Part shown: in pieces, positions 1-13,003 of the stretch
Layout of the letters: each line of letters starts with the position of its first letter
Numbering within the stretch: the stretch's first letter is position 1
Assembly (NCBI GenBank): GCA_965153285.1
Contig: OZ229114.1
Source of the DNA: Podarcis tiliguerta
Lineage: Eukaryota
DNA: 64,000 bases
Reading direction: 5' to 3' (one strand)
Made by a program: the position numbers and the translations under genes
Notes under the pieces: model-generated
Seen by the model: the letters and a program-made list of their open reading frames with translations, nothing else
Database searches by the model: none
Told to the model about the DNA's origin: nothing

Positions 1-759
1 TTAATGGGAGCCAGGAAGCACCTATTTATAGTGCCAGAAGCAATGCTGGGATAACAGATTTCAGTGTATCAAAGACACGGCAGGCCAAAGTTGCAGGCCC
101 AGTTGATCTTCTGCAGAATGATAGTTGAAGGATCTCTGCAGCAAACTAGTGGTTGTGGAAACTTTGACTTGGACCCTTTTGCATTTGATACTGCATTCTA
201 CTTTCCATCCGTTACTGTTGATATTTGTTAAAGAAAACTCTTCCCCCTCTCACAAAGCTTGATAAAATTACCCCAGCCCCCTTGTTGGCATGTCTCCTGC
301 CTTACATTGTATTATTATTATTTAGATACCGAAATGTTAATAAGTTATGAGAGTCCCTTTTGTGAATTGCAGGGGTGGGGAGCCTGTGGTCCTTCAGGTG
401 TTCTTAGACTCCCCTTGGTGGCAGCCAGCATGGCCACTAGCCAGGAGCGATGAGAATTCTAGCTCAACAACATCTGGAGGCCTGCAGATTCCCCCTCCCC
501 AATGCACTGCAATCCACACAACTCTATATTTCTCTTAACATTTATCTGCACCAGTCCTGCTTACTATTCTATCCCTGCTGCAATCATAAGACCACTTTTA
601 AATATATTTATTACTTTACTTATTATTTGCATTTGCTGGTCACCTTAGACTGGATGTTCTTTAGGTGCCATGAAGCAATTAGATTTTAAAACAGAATTTA
701 AAGCACAGCATAATGCAAGAAAATTCAGTATAAAAGTCTGATACCAAACAAGGAGAATA

Positions 760-850
760 AAACATCACAACCTTTCTCACCTTCACTGGCTCCCCATTTG
801 CTTCCAGGCCCAATTCAAAGTGTTTGTTTTGATCTGCAAAGCCTTACACC
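760..850 (+). mobile_element. L2 LINE ORF2 3' fragment
   Basis: Encodes LHWLPI..QAQFKV.V...KAL, typical of the L2 C-terminus. Confidence 0.6.
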
Positions 851-858
851 TATTTATA

Positions 859-1145
859 GGTGCCAGTGTGGTGTAGTGGTTAAGAGCGGTAGTCACGTAA
901 TCTGGGGAACCGGGTTTGCGTCTCTGCTCCTCCACATGCAGCTGCTGGGTGACCTTGGGCCAGTCTCACTTCTCTGAAGTCTCTCAGCCCCACTCACCTC
1001 ACAGAGTGTTTGTTGTGGGGGAGGAAGGGAAAGGAGATTGTTAGCCGCTTTGAGACTCCTGAAGGGGAGTGAAAGGCGGGATATCAAATCCAAACTCCTC
1101 TTCTTCTTCTTCTTCTTCTTCTTCTTCTTCTTCTTCTTCTTCTTC
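859..1145 (+). mobile_element. Squam3-type tRNA-derived SINE with (CTT)n tail
   Basis: tRNA-like head (tggtgtagtggttaagagcgg), gtgaccttggg core, long CTT tail; near-identical inverted copy at 52240-52466. Confidence 0.85.
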
Positions 1146-1364
1146 TCTGACTGGGACTTTGGAAGCTGGCAGAAGACATCCTTCTGTATTTATCAATCCA
1201 TGCATTATGACCTTCTAAACTGTTTTGCCTGAGTCAGTCTGACATACAAAGAGTAGTTGCTAAAGAAAAGGACCTTCTCAGCAGAGTCCCTTCAGTTGTG
1301 AAATGCCCTCTCAAGAGTGGCTCACCTGATACCCACATTTACAATGTCTTTACAATACCCTAAG

Positions 1365-1780
1365 AAGGACCAGGCCAATGGCCCATCCAGTCCACATCCT
1401 GTTCTCCCAATGGCCAATCAGATGCTGTGGGAAACCTGCAAGCAGGACCCAAGCACAAAAGCACTCTCCCCTCCGTATTACTGCCACCAACTGTGGAGGC
1501 GGAGCTTGGCCATCATGGTTTGTAGCCACTGATCCACCAGACAGACTTAGTTGTTCTCCAAGGCCTTTTAACATCTTCTAGCATTCCTTTACATTGGCAT
1601 TCATCTGTGAAGCCAGCTTATCTACATCTAGATAGGGTTGTAGCTGGGATGCCAACCTAAGCTGGTGAAAGGCACTACTGTGCACCACAGATACCACTTG
1701 CACCTCTAATAACAAGGATGGATCTAAGAGTGCCCTCAGGCTACAACCATGATTCTTCAGAGGGTGTGCAACCTCATCTA
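1365..1780 (-). mobile_element. CR1 LINE 3' fragment
   Basis: caggccaatggcccatccagtcc...gcaggacc motif shared with 2950-3120 and, inverted, 12860-13000. Confidence 0.6.
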
Positions 1781-1814
1781 GAACTTCATGTTGGAAAGTG
1801 AACTTCATAACCCC

Positions 1815-2333
1815 CTTTTCAACATGGTATTTCTGTTGGAGTACAGCACCAGGGAAGAGCCTTCTGGCACCTTAAAAGATGTGCACCATCTTTTGTGGAC
1901 TGGGGTCCACTTTATCAGATACACCAGTGTTTCCCAAACTTGGGTCTCCAGCTGCTTTTGGACTACAACGCTCAACATCCCCAGCTACCGGAACCAGTAG
2001 TCAGGGATGGTGGAAACTGTAGTTCAAAAACAGCTGGAGACCCAAGTGCTATTCTATGTTTGTAGGTCAGTACAAACCTGATGGTAGAGAGAGGAAGAAG
2101 AAAGCAGCGAAGTCAGGGTGAAATGAAATGCAAAAATGTAACAGCTGGGCTAAAGTTTAAACGTATGCAAAGTTTACCATTCACAAAACAGTGTTAAAGA
2201 TAACAAAAGCACCAAGCACATGATTCTCTAGTCCATGAAAGCTTATGCCATAGTAAAATTTGTTAGTCTGTAAGGTCATACACAACTCTTTGTTTTTGTT
2301 GCAACAGACTACCATAGTTTTCCCTCTGTAAAT
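1815..2333. mobile_element. Penelope-like element remnant, inverted pair of terminal segments with decayed hammerhead motif
   Basis: Minus copy (tggcaccttaaa...gtggactggggtccactttatcag) and plus copy (gtccatgaaagcttatgcc...ttgttagtctgtaagg...gcaacagacta); interrupted by a small MITE at about 1925-2046. Confidence 0.7.
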
Positions 2334-2351
2334 GCCTAGAATACTCAATAC

Positions 2352-2743
2352 CAGGGGTCAGGAAGCTTACCGGATGATGGGCAGGTCCATGCTCCATCAG
2401 TTGGAGGATGGGTCAGAGTGTGTGTGCAGGTGCACTCTTCCGGATCAGAGGAGTGCCCATGTGCGCATGGTATTTCCAGCGCTTCTCTGATCTGGATGTG
2501 TGCCAGAAATAGTGTGTGTGCATGCGCATGGGCGCTTCTCTGTCCCACACACATGCTATTTCCGGCACACATCTGGGTCGGAGGAGCGCCTGTGCGCACG
2601 CACACAGGTGCCATCAACCTGGAAGTCAGTCCCCACACTGCGCCACACCAGTAAAAGTGGGGGGCAGCAAGGGTCACAATGGGCCAGATAGACGAGCCCC
2701 GTGGGCCACTACCGGCCCATGGGCCTTAGGTTGCCAACCCCTG
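2352..2743. mobile_element. hAT-type non-autonomous DNA transposon
   Basis: CAGGGGT...ACCCCTG ends with a perfect 8-bp TSD ctcaatac (2344-2351 and 2744-2751). Confidence 0.88.
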
Positions 2744-5162
2744 CTCAATACGCACAACTACTAAACAAGGTTTTTGTATGATAGGAAGAGCATACTTAGC
2801 TGCCTTATATTGAGTCAGACTATTGGTCCATATTGCTCAGAATTATTTGCTCTGACTAGCGGTAGCTGTCTAGGATTTCAGACAGGGATGCCAGGAACTG
2901 AATTTAGTTTTGGATTTGGTATTGCAGATTCTGTAAGGGGTGTCATAACAACATAAGCAAAGCCTGCTGGGTCAGGCCAATGACCCATTTAGTCTAGCAT
3001 CCTGTACTCATAGTGGTCAACCAGATGTTTGTGGGAAACTCTAAGCAGGACCTGAGCACAAGGGCGCTCTTGCCTCCTGTAGTCTCCAGCAGCCGGTATT
3101 CAGAAGCATTGCTGTCATCAACCACGGTATCAGGCCCCTTTGTAGTGCACATTAACCACACTAGGACATCATCCTGCTGAAATGGTGTTAGGGGTAACTA
3201 ATATAAACTTGCACCATCATGATCACTGATTTGAATTTCCCTTCTGTTCCTCTGCAGCCTCTCTAGTTGCAGCTGTGTATTGAGCCTTCCTAATTCTAGC
3301 CATGAAATGTGTGCTGAGATATGAAGGTTCTGAATGCTGCTTGTCAAATGTGATCAGGTTAGGGCTCTGACAGACATCCAGGAGAAAGGAGCAGCTACTG
3401 CATGCACGGCTGTACATGCTTCGTGAAGTTCAAAATCGCACATAAATGAATTTGATCAGGATGACCCTATTGCCAGTGGGTAGAAAAGAGGTGACCAACC
3501 CCTTGCCCAGGGACCTAACCTGGTCTGCCAAGGAATTTGTCTGTCTGTCTTCTCGGCTGATCTGCACTGGAGCAGCTGAGGAGGTGGAGGTATATGTGTG
3601 CTTCTCCTATGACTGTGGGTACAGAAAGCGAGAGAGCGCACTTGTGAAAGTGTGGTGTGGTCCACTTTTACATGCATCCATCACTGGCCCTCAGGTCAAA
3701 AAATGTTTTCCACTCCAGACTAGAAGATATTTAGGTTCCAAGTAATTTTAAGCTTTCAAGTTCATGAGCAACCCATTTCCTTTTCCCAAAAGGCTACTCA
3801 AAACTTTGGAGCTTGTGGATATTCTGCCCACAAACTGCCCCTTTGTAGGAGCCAGAATGCTGCTGTGATGGGTTACTTTCTTTGTCTCATTGGCACTAGT
3901 CTGCCTAATTCAGTTATTCTAGGAAAAGCTATATGTTTAGTCTCCAATCAAGGGTCAAGTGCTCAGCTGCTCAGAGTGCTCGGGAATTGCTCTAACTCCT
4001 TTTTGTGATTTCTGGCCTGTGACATTCCAGCTGTGTGCTGGAGCCTTGGTACAGAAAGCAGAGTTCAGGTCATGCATTTGGCATTTTTAACCTTGGATAG
4101 CAACTTTGCTTCCTCAGTTACACAATGCTTTTTAAGCATTTGTCTTGCATCTTCATGTAACAATCTTAAGCCAGTTAAGTTTTCTCTGGTGCAGTATATT
4201 CCAAGTCCTACTGCTTGTCTTTGCCCTATAGCCAAGCTGCAGTAGTAATCTCTTCAGAATCCCCTAATTCATCACAGTCTCTGCACTAACCTTCTTCCTG
4301 GCTGATGCCGAACAACCCTCATTGCTAAACTCTTTCCTCCCTCACAGTTCAGCGGGTGAAGCTCTTAGCCATTGTGTGGGTTTTTCCTCTACTCTCTGCT
4401 GTCCATCCCCAGATGAATTCATCCAGCATCACACCTCCCTCCCTTTCAGCTAAACCATTATCACTACACATTTATTCGAACACCTGATAACATAATACTA
4501 TTCTCTATTAGATGACCCTTTCTCTGGGATCCAATTCTAGGTTGTCTTCTGGAACATCCCTACTCCCAACATAGCCTGTTCTAAAAGAAACTGCTATGCT
4601 TCTTTGTGCTCCAGGGAAGCCGAGTGCAAATTCACACAATCCTATTTGCTTTGTGATAATTCTTGCAGATGAGTGACAGTAGTAAACATCCAGCCAGGAT
4701 GATTAGGTATTGCAGATACACCAATCTAAAAAGGCAAGCATATAACTTCATAACTTGTAACAATGGATTTTGTGAACCGTCAGTAGCTGGCACTTGATCC
4801 TTGAAGTCTGTAAATTTTGGTTGCATTTAAAACGGGGGTTTGAGCTTTTAAAGGCTATTGAATGTATTGTTTTTATAAACTGGTCCTGTGCCCACAGAAT
4901 CCACTGCATGGAATGTGTGATTCTGTAGGACCACCAGAAACAATGATTTGGAGATCACAGTGTGACCTTGCTGGAGCCCAGATCTTTCGCTCCTAAAAAT
5001 TAGCATTCAAGGCACAGGAAGGAAAAATACCACTCCCAGAAACTCCCTTCTGGGTTTTTGCTCTGAGTCTAGAGTCTTGTGTTGATCACCTGGCCTGCTG
5101 TGAGTTTGCTCAGATAAGGGTCTTGCCTGCCAACTGGATTTAGTTCCTCACCTCTTTTGTGG

Positions 5163-5976
5163 TTTTTTTCCTCCTAGAAAGTAAGGGGAAATGTCTGTGC
5201 GTGTATTCGCTCCCTCCTCCGTGGTTTCCAGCGGGAGAGGAGCCGCTTACAGGAGTGTAAGCGGCTCCTGTACGGTTGGCTCCTTTAAAGCAAGCAGGCT
5301 CTCTGTATCTCTCGTCCCCACTCAGCGGCTCTTCTCCTGCTTTGCTGGAAATAGCAGGAAAGATTTTCAGCTCCCTAAGGGGGAGGGGGAGGAGGGAGAG
5401 AAGCAGAGCCTGCTTGCTTTAAAGGAGCAAAGCGGGAGAGGAGCCGCTTACACAAGTGTAAGCGGCTCCTGTCCGGTTGGCTCCTTTAAAGCAAGCAGGC
5501 TCTCTGTCCCTCCAGCAAAGTTTTTCAGCTCGCTAAGGGGGGGGGGGGAGGAGGGAGAGAAGTAGAGCCTGCTCCATGTGTGCTCCTTGTCCCTTGAGTG
5601 CTTTTCCTTCCCTCCCCACTTAAAACGTGGTTACAAAGCACAGATCCACATGGATCCTTAGGATTTTTGCACTGGGTCACCCCAAATTCACCATCAGATC
5701 ACATAGCATGTCCATGGCTACAGTTTGCACCAAAAAAATCACGCACCCACTGCTGCCTGGGGCTGCAGTGGTGCAAAAACGTGGTTACAAGCATGGATCG
5801 CATGGATCCTCAAACTCACCCCAAACTCACCGTCAGATCACATGTCTGTGGCCATAGCATGAACGACAAAAATAATACATCCACTGTTTCATTTAGAATA
5901 TTTTTTTCTTGTTGTCCTCCTCTAGAAACTACATGCGTGTTATGGTCGGGTGCGTGTTAGCGAGCGAAAAATACGG
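5163..5976. mobile_element. Longer Tc2/pogo-like non-autonomous element, left end truncated
   Basis: Ends gagcgaaaaatacgg+TA and shares aagtaaggggaaatgt subterminal sequence with the 20458 and 53570 MITEs. Confidence 0.75.
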
Positions 5977-8426
5977 TAATATCCTTGCTTCTGGGACAGT
6001 GAGGCATCTTGACTCAACCCATCTGGAAAACTGCGTAATAAACTGAGCCAGTGACTTTCAACTTTGATGTGCCTACCAGCTAGTATGCTTTCAAGGTGAC
6101 TCTTCTCAGAGCACATGGCTGTCAGTCCTAACATATAACACCTCCGCAAACCCAGACCAGATTTAGACAAGGCAGTACGCAAGTGAAAAACATTTATACA
6201 TGCAAGATTTCCCATAGTCTGGTGTCCGATTTAAAGCGGCCTTAACTTGTATGCTGCCCCCTACATATCTAGTGCTTGCGCATGGTGTGGCCTCCATCCA
6301 AACTGTAGAGTTCAAAAGGTGCATGAACTGAGGTCAACACATGGGTCAAGAACCTTTTGGTATGATGCTGGACCATATGATGCTCTGTTTTCTTTCCTAA
6401 GTGCTTTTTGCACATCTTTGAACCAGGCCTTAGTCTTGAAATTTAAAACACCTAATTTTCAAAGACCTGAAATATGTATGACTCAAAATAAAAGGGCAGA
6501 ATAGGCTGTATCACTTCAGTCTGTAGGACAAGGGATGCCATTTATGAATCCCCCCCCCCCAATGCAAAGAACTTCTGCATGTAAAGAGCTTGCACATCAG
6601 AGAGAGAGATTCTAGCTAGGTTTTTTGCTTGCTCACCAATACCAATAGGGAACTTTTTTTTTTAAAGTGATCCCTGCAGTCTGAAGTGGTCCATTCTACC
6701 ACATCATTTTACTTTTGTTCTGTTCCATATATAGTCCACATGAAAGCGCCAGCACAGAAGTAAGAACAGGTCTCGGTCCCTTTCTAATGCAACTGTGAGA
6801 AAAGAATTGGGGGTAAAACCCAAGGTCTTTGAGAGAGCTTTTGGCTGTTAGCATACTACTAGTTATCTCCATGCAAATTTCTCTAGCTCAGAAGCCAGGT
6901 TTTTTTAAAAATGCATCATACCAACACTTGTAACCAGAATGCAATTAAGCAAGTTAAGGAAATTTGACAAATTTGTTTGCTTTGAACTGTGATAGGCTGT
7001 TAAAGTTGACGATGCGGTAAAGCAAATGATGACTGCTTTATACTTTGTGTTTGGTGACATGCTTTCCACTCCAAAACGTAGTGTGTTCTGGGCTTATCTT
7101 GTGGATGGAGGCATCTCCATTGAATATCCCTATACCAATGCCATTGCTCTTTCCAGGTTACTGATAACTACTGTGTAAATGTTCCACACATTAAAGGAGC
7201 AGTGTAGACCCCTACTGTGAGGAAATATACATTCGGAAACTTAGCCTTATTAACTGATGTATTAACTTATATTTGATGTGTGCTACATATCAATTGACTA
7301 TGCAGTGAATGAGTAAGCCATGAAATTATCTGTCAGGTTGTTTTAGCTTTTCCCAAACCAGCATGAAAGCACCTACCTAATTGCCTTGGAGATCTGGCTG
7401 CAGATTTGATAAAAGAACAGTGCTTATTCATACAATGCATAATTACCTTATGCAATTCACTAATGCAAGATATGGTGATGGCAATGATGGCCACTAGCTC
7501 AGAAGGTTTTTAAGAGGAAGGCTATCAGCAGCTTTTAGCTGTGATATAGCCAGTATACCTCCTGAATACCAGTTGCCAGGGTCTAACAGTAGATGGTCAT
7601 TATCACCTTGAGCTTCCAGAGATGACAGGCAGTTGTCCAGGGAATTTTGGAAAAAAGATGTTGAAACCGAAGGTCTTAGTTCTGATCTAGCAAGGCAATG
7701 GAGACCAATGCTTCTGCCTCCTTTTTGAGTTATGGGGCCAAATAAGAAGTCCCTTCAGCTTTCAAGACACCTGGGGAGTAGGACTCCTCCAAAGTGGGCT
7801 TTACCAATCCAGTATGCACAGGGTGCAAGGCATGGAAGGGGCGCTTTAGTTTAATGAAGGTTGTGAAGTGTCATGAAGGTTGCCTAAAAATGGGCTGCTC
7901 CCAAGGTGTGGGAACTATTTCCTCCCCTCCTCTTTTTTTATGCAGCTTGTTGGAGTTTAATTTAAATATTGAGAGCAGACTTTATCTTGGAGGAGCTTGC
8001 AGTGAGTTTGCAAGGAAAGCTAAAGTGCCATGCAAATCTCTGAAATGCATGGTTTTGGTGTAATTAAGCTGCTTCGTGAAGGAGTGTTAGATGTCCCCTT
8101 GGGTAGCCTGATCTTGTGAACTCTGACTAGCTTTTTCCTGCTGCTGACAGAAATCCTTTCCCCATGTGGAGCTTTCAGCATATGGCAGACAGGCTCTAGG
8201 TTGATCCCATTTTAAATACCTCCCTTTTCAGACTTCCTTCGGCACAGTTCTGGATGCAGCTGCACAGAGATGCTTCTCCATTGGCTGTGCATGTGGAGTG
8301 AGTCTTGAGCTCATGTGCCTTCCCCCTCCCTTCTCTGGTTTAGCCATGGAGAGGAGATTGGAAGCTTTTCCTTCCATTTTAGACTTAACCACAGTTTGTC
8401 GTGGTGTTTCAGCCCAGCAAGGTGTA

Positions 8427-8659
8427 CAGTGGTACCTCGGGTTACAGATGCTTCAGGTTACAGACACTTCAGGTTACAGACTCCACTAACCCAGAAATAG
8501 TACCTCGGGTTAAGAACTTTGCTTCAGGATGAGAACAGAAATCATGCTACGGCGGCAGCGGGAGGCCCCATTAGCTAAAGTAGTCTTAAGGTTAAGAACA
8601 GTTTCAGGTTAAGAACAGACCTCCAGAATGAATTAAGTTCTTAACCCAAGGTACCACTG
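8427..8659. mobile_element. Tigger/pogo-like (Tc1/mariner) MITE
   Basis: TIR cagtggtacctcgggtta / taacccaaggtaccactg with TA on both sides. Confidence 0.9.
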
Positions 8660-9623
8660 TAGTTAATTTTCAGTCTATGGTTATTCTGTGGTTTCCAAAT
8701 GAGGTTTTTGCATCAAGGGGATGGTCTTGTATTTGTTGAAATAGTGGGATCGTGTGGAGTATAAAATCTCTAAATGCATCACCCTCTTTAATGATAGTTT
8801 GTTTAAACAAGCCAGCCTCAAACTCTTTTTTTGTTTACAAAGCTGCCATGTTTCCAGAAACTATAGTTTCTGGAACTATAGGTTAACTGCATTTTAGGGT
8901 TCAGGTGTAACACTAAATTGTGGTCAATTTAAAATGGGAGTGGAAGCTTCCAGTCTCCTCCATGCAGGTGTACTGGAGGCTTAGCATTACAGGTGAGTGC
9001 AGGCACATTGTCCTTGCATAGCTTGCAGATGATTTGTTGGCTTACCTGGAAGGGACAAACTGCCAGGAAGCACGAATGTTTTAGGGTTGGTGGTCCACAT
9101 GATAGAGTTAAAAAGAGGTCAGACATTTGGAGTGTGCAGGTCTAGGCACTAAGAACCCTTGGTCAAGCTGGACCAAGCCGGATGTGCAGCCAGCCAGCCA
9201 GCCAGGGAAACTCCATTACTCACCAGCAGCAGATGGTGCCTGTCAAGGGATGCTGAGAGGGGAGGAGCAGGGTGGTTGCCTCGGTGATTTTTCCATCACC
9301 ACAGCAACAGAAAGGTCACCCAGAGGGTCCTTCATGCTCTCCCTTCCTGTGTATGAAGCTCTGAGATTTGTTGGAACGTAAGTCAGGGGGTATGATTGGA
9401 GGGATGGTATATTCTGGGAAGGGGGCAGTGGAGGTTAGAGAGATGCCTTCCAGGATGAATTGTCTTGGGGACCCCTCTCCTGAGATCTTGGAACAGCAGG
9501 TAGTACCTGTTCCAAATGCTTTGGACTGAGTTCGAAGTACACACGAGTGAAATGGAATCCAGATTTTGGCTTGCTTCATCTTCCAGAGTGAGAATAGTCC
9601 GTTCCTTGCTCACATGCATAGGC

Positions 9624-9982
9624 AAAGGTAAAGGGACCCCTGACTGTTAAGTCCAGCCGCGGACGACTCTGGGGTTGCAGTGCTCATCTCGCTTTATTGG
9701 CTGAGGGAGCAGGCGTTTGTCCGCAGACAGCTTCTGGGTCATGTGGCCGGCATGACTAAGCCACTTCTGGTGAACCAGAGCAGCGCACGGAAACGCCGTT
9801 TACCTTCCCGCTGGAGCAGTACCTATTTATCTACTTGCACTTTGACGTGCTTTCGAACTGCTAGGTTGGCAGGAGCAGGGACTGAACAATGGGAGCTCAC
9901 CCCATCGTGGGGATTCAAACCGCCATCCTTCTGATCTGCAAGTCCTAGGCTCTGTGGTTTAGACCACAGTGCCACCTGCGTC
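9624..9982 (-). mobile_element. Sauria SINE (Squam1)
   Basis: (AAAGGT)n tail on the + strand and a body matching the 14347 and 50691 copies. Confidence 0.9.
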
Positions 9983-11607
9983 AGGTCACTTCATTTAGGT
10001 ATTTGAAAATCAAAAGTTCCCCCACTGCCTCTCATTGAGCCAAAAACTCCTCTTATCAGAGCACACATGTTTCTTTGCCTTTTCCCATGTATCTACTTAT
10101 GATGAGGGACAAGAGGAGCTGCAGGTCTGTGTTCCATGTAGCAGCCTCCTGCAATAAGCATCCTGCGGAGGGAAGCAGAGAGGAGAAACTGGAACAGTTT
10201 GTCACCAGGGCATCCTATGTGGCAAGTTGCTCCTTTTCTGAAGAAGAGCCATCTGCTGTGAAGGAACCAACTGGAGTCAAATAATTCCTGATGGTGGGTG
10301 GCAGTGCTAAGGCAACAATGTCTAGCACAGACAGCTCCCCAGTTGCTCCCTTGAGGCAACAGCTCAGAGGGGGGCAGCTTGGAAACTTACAACCAGGGTT
10401 CTTTAACTAAAACTACCAACACAAAATGCCAGGGAGCTGGTTCACTGTGTCCCAGATTGCATGTGCATTTCCACATCTTGGCTCCCCTGTCTTTGATTGA
10501 ATATATCCAGGGTGTTTTGCTACTTGACTAAACAAAGGGCCTGTAAGTGCCCCCTACCATTCCCCCCTCCCCCCCAATGTGCATGATGTTGTTAGCTAAG
10601 CATTTCCAGCTTGAACCCAGCTGTTAGGACCAAAGGCTGGTTGGGTGGGGAAGGTGATGTGCTGCAGCACATACTGTCCAGACACAGCGGCGGCACCTGC
10701 CAGGAGTGGAACTGGTCTTTCTTGCTCAGCGGGAGTGGCTGCTGCACTGGTGCAGTGCTTCTCCTGGGGAAACAGAGGCAAGATCCGGCTCTGTTCTTTT
10801 GGTCCAAAGAAGGGGGCTGAAGGGAGGGAGAGGGAAAACTGTACTGATAACACCAAAAGGGATGGGGCAGAGGGGAGGGGACAGAAACCAGTGTGTATGT
10901 CAGTACTCTGCAATGATGTGGCAGAGATTGATGGAGCAGCAAATAGAGCCCTCTAGTGACACACTTGCTTGTTAGCACAAGAGACACTTGCCGGAAGAAC
11001 ACATGTATTTTCAGCCCCTTCCACTCCCACTGAAACTCTGGTATCTCCCCACACATTCGCTAATTGACATTACTTTTTAGTGCTTTAAATGACACTGGAT
11101 TGTCAGTGACAGCCTCCTCAAGAAGAGAGATGTAAAATTACCATAAATTTTAAAGCCATCAAGGACAAAAAAACCAAAACAGTTTTTTGGGGGTGAAATT
11201 CTTGAGGAAATTGAAAAATAGGCAATACTTTTTTTCTAGTGCCCTTTAAAGATCCAAAGTCACTTTGTTACTTTAGAAACATAAAATATATCATCCATAA
11301 CTTGGTTTGCTATTAAATTACCATGTTCTCTATGCTATATTAAAAATACAATTTATTCAGTTAATAATTACAAATTGAATATACTTTTTGCTTTTCTTTC
11401 TTTTTGTTACATTTGGAGCTACAAGCTGCTGAGCTGTAAGAAACCTAGCATCTCTTTGGTTTTTGTACTTTATGAGAAGGCAAAAAAAAATCCAATAAAA
11501 ACAGGAGAAACCATCAACACTACCGTTTTTTAAAAAATGAAAATTATAATGTATTTTGAAAATTATTATGTGTTGTATGCAACTAAGTCCTACATTCTGT
11601 TTCTAAA

Positions 11608-11749
11608 CAGGGATAGAAAACCTGTGGCCTTTTGGGTGCTGGCTGGATTCTAGCTCCCATCAGCCATTACCAGCATGGCCAGTGGTTAGAGTTGCACATG
11701 GGAGTTGTAGTACAACAACATCTGGAGGGACATAGGTTCCCCACCTCTG
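11608..11749. mobile_element. Short hAT-like MITE, family also at about 370-500, 12463-12590, 40230-40355 and 55629-55768
   Basis: Quasi-palindromic ~140 bp with cagggat.../...cctctg ends and ctcccatc / atgggagttgtag core. Confidence 0.65.
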
Positions 11750-12619
11750 GTTTAAAGCTGTTGTATGCTGAGACATTTCCCTGCTCCTTGGACTTCCCTC
11801 AGTGGGTTCTCGCATGTACAACTGACCCTTTAAGTCTGTGGTGTAATTTTTCCTACCCACTGCAGAGAGATTAGATGCCAGAAGTGAGTTGGTGGATACA
11901 ACACCACACTGCTCTTGATTCTGCCTATGACCTTGGGTATAAGGCACCAACTCCCCTTTCTCCATCACTCTGTACCAGAGCTGCTAGCCACACCCTTTGT
12001 GGCAGGAAGGATGTGGAGCGGTTTGGATTGAGGGGGTGTTCTAGCTGCCTGAATTACCTGCGAAGGAACTTTGATCTAGATCTCTGGAAGTACACAAACC
12101 ACAAGGCGAACTTTTAATTCACATCACCTGACATATTTTCTGTAGTGTCTAGATTTCTTTTTCTGTGTTGGGGCAGAAAGTATTTGTACCTGGGCCCTGC
12201 TAAGATAAATGTTCCCAATCACTTCTCTGAGCCCAAAGGAAGCTGAATGAGGTGGGAAAATTTGAAGGTGGTAGAAGGGACTGTGCCACTTAAATTTGCA
12301 TAGCAGCACTATAGTACTCTTCCACATAAAAACTCCCTGTCACAAGAAAGAAAGCATAACAAGGAGAAAGGAGCCATACCTCTTGCCTGCTGGGCTGGTG
12401 CATGCATGCAGGTGCTGTTTCTGTGGTTGTTGTTTTTTTAATTTTAATGTAGGACAGTTAAGGGGGAACCTGTGGCCTTCCAGATGTTAGATTACAGTTC
12501 CCACCATCTCTGACAGGTTCACATTGTTTTCTGGGGCTGATGGGAAATGTGTTTCAGCAACATCTTTAGGACCACCGTTTCCCCCCACCCGCCCGGACAT
12601 ATAGACTCCAGAGGTCTAG

Positions 12620-13003
12620 GTATGAGGTTCAGAAAAGGGCAACCAAAATGATCAAGGGACTAATGCAACTTCTCTATGAGGAGAAGTCAAAACATTTTGG
12701 GCTTTTTAGTTTGTAGAAGAGTTGAGTAAGCACAGGGGCATAATAAAGGTGCCTAAAATTATGTGTGGGGTGGAAGAAGCAGATAGAACCAAAAGCCAAC
12801 AAAGAAAATCGTATGTTGGAAGAGGCATTGCACACAAAATGAACTATTTCACTGTTGGAGACAGAAGGCCTTCTGAATACCAGTTGCTGGGAAACACAAG
12901 AGGGGAGTGTGCTGTTGTGCTTGTGTTTCTGCTTGGCAAGCTTCAGGAACAGGACACTGGGCAAGGTGGACCTTTGGTCTGACCCAGCAGTGCTGGTATT
13001 ATG
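12620..13003 (+). mobile_element. CR1 LINE 3' fragment
   Basis: Encodes VQKRATKMIKGL.QLLYEEK..HFGLFSL, followed by a CR1-type 3' UTR. Confidence 0.75.

Noticed and set aside
5231-5510. Repeated palindromic units reminiscent of CRISPR repeats
   Set aside because: Vertebrate DNA, only two units, inside a DNA transposon, no spacer array or cas genes
8270-8303. FSIGCACG followed by gtgagt, resembling LDB1 exon 1 (MSVGCACPG)
   Set aside because: No ATG at the expected position, the donor phase is 0 rather than the required 1, and there is no promoter-like context; probably chance
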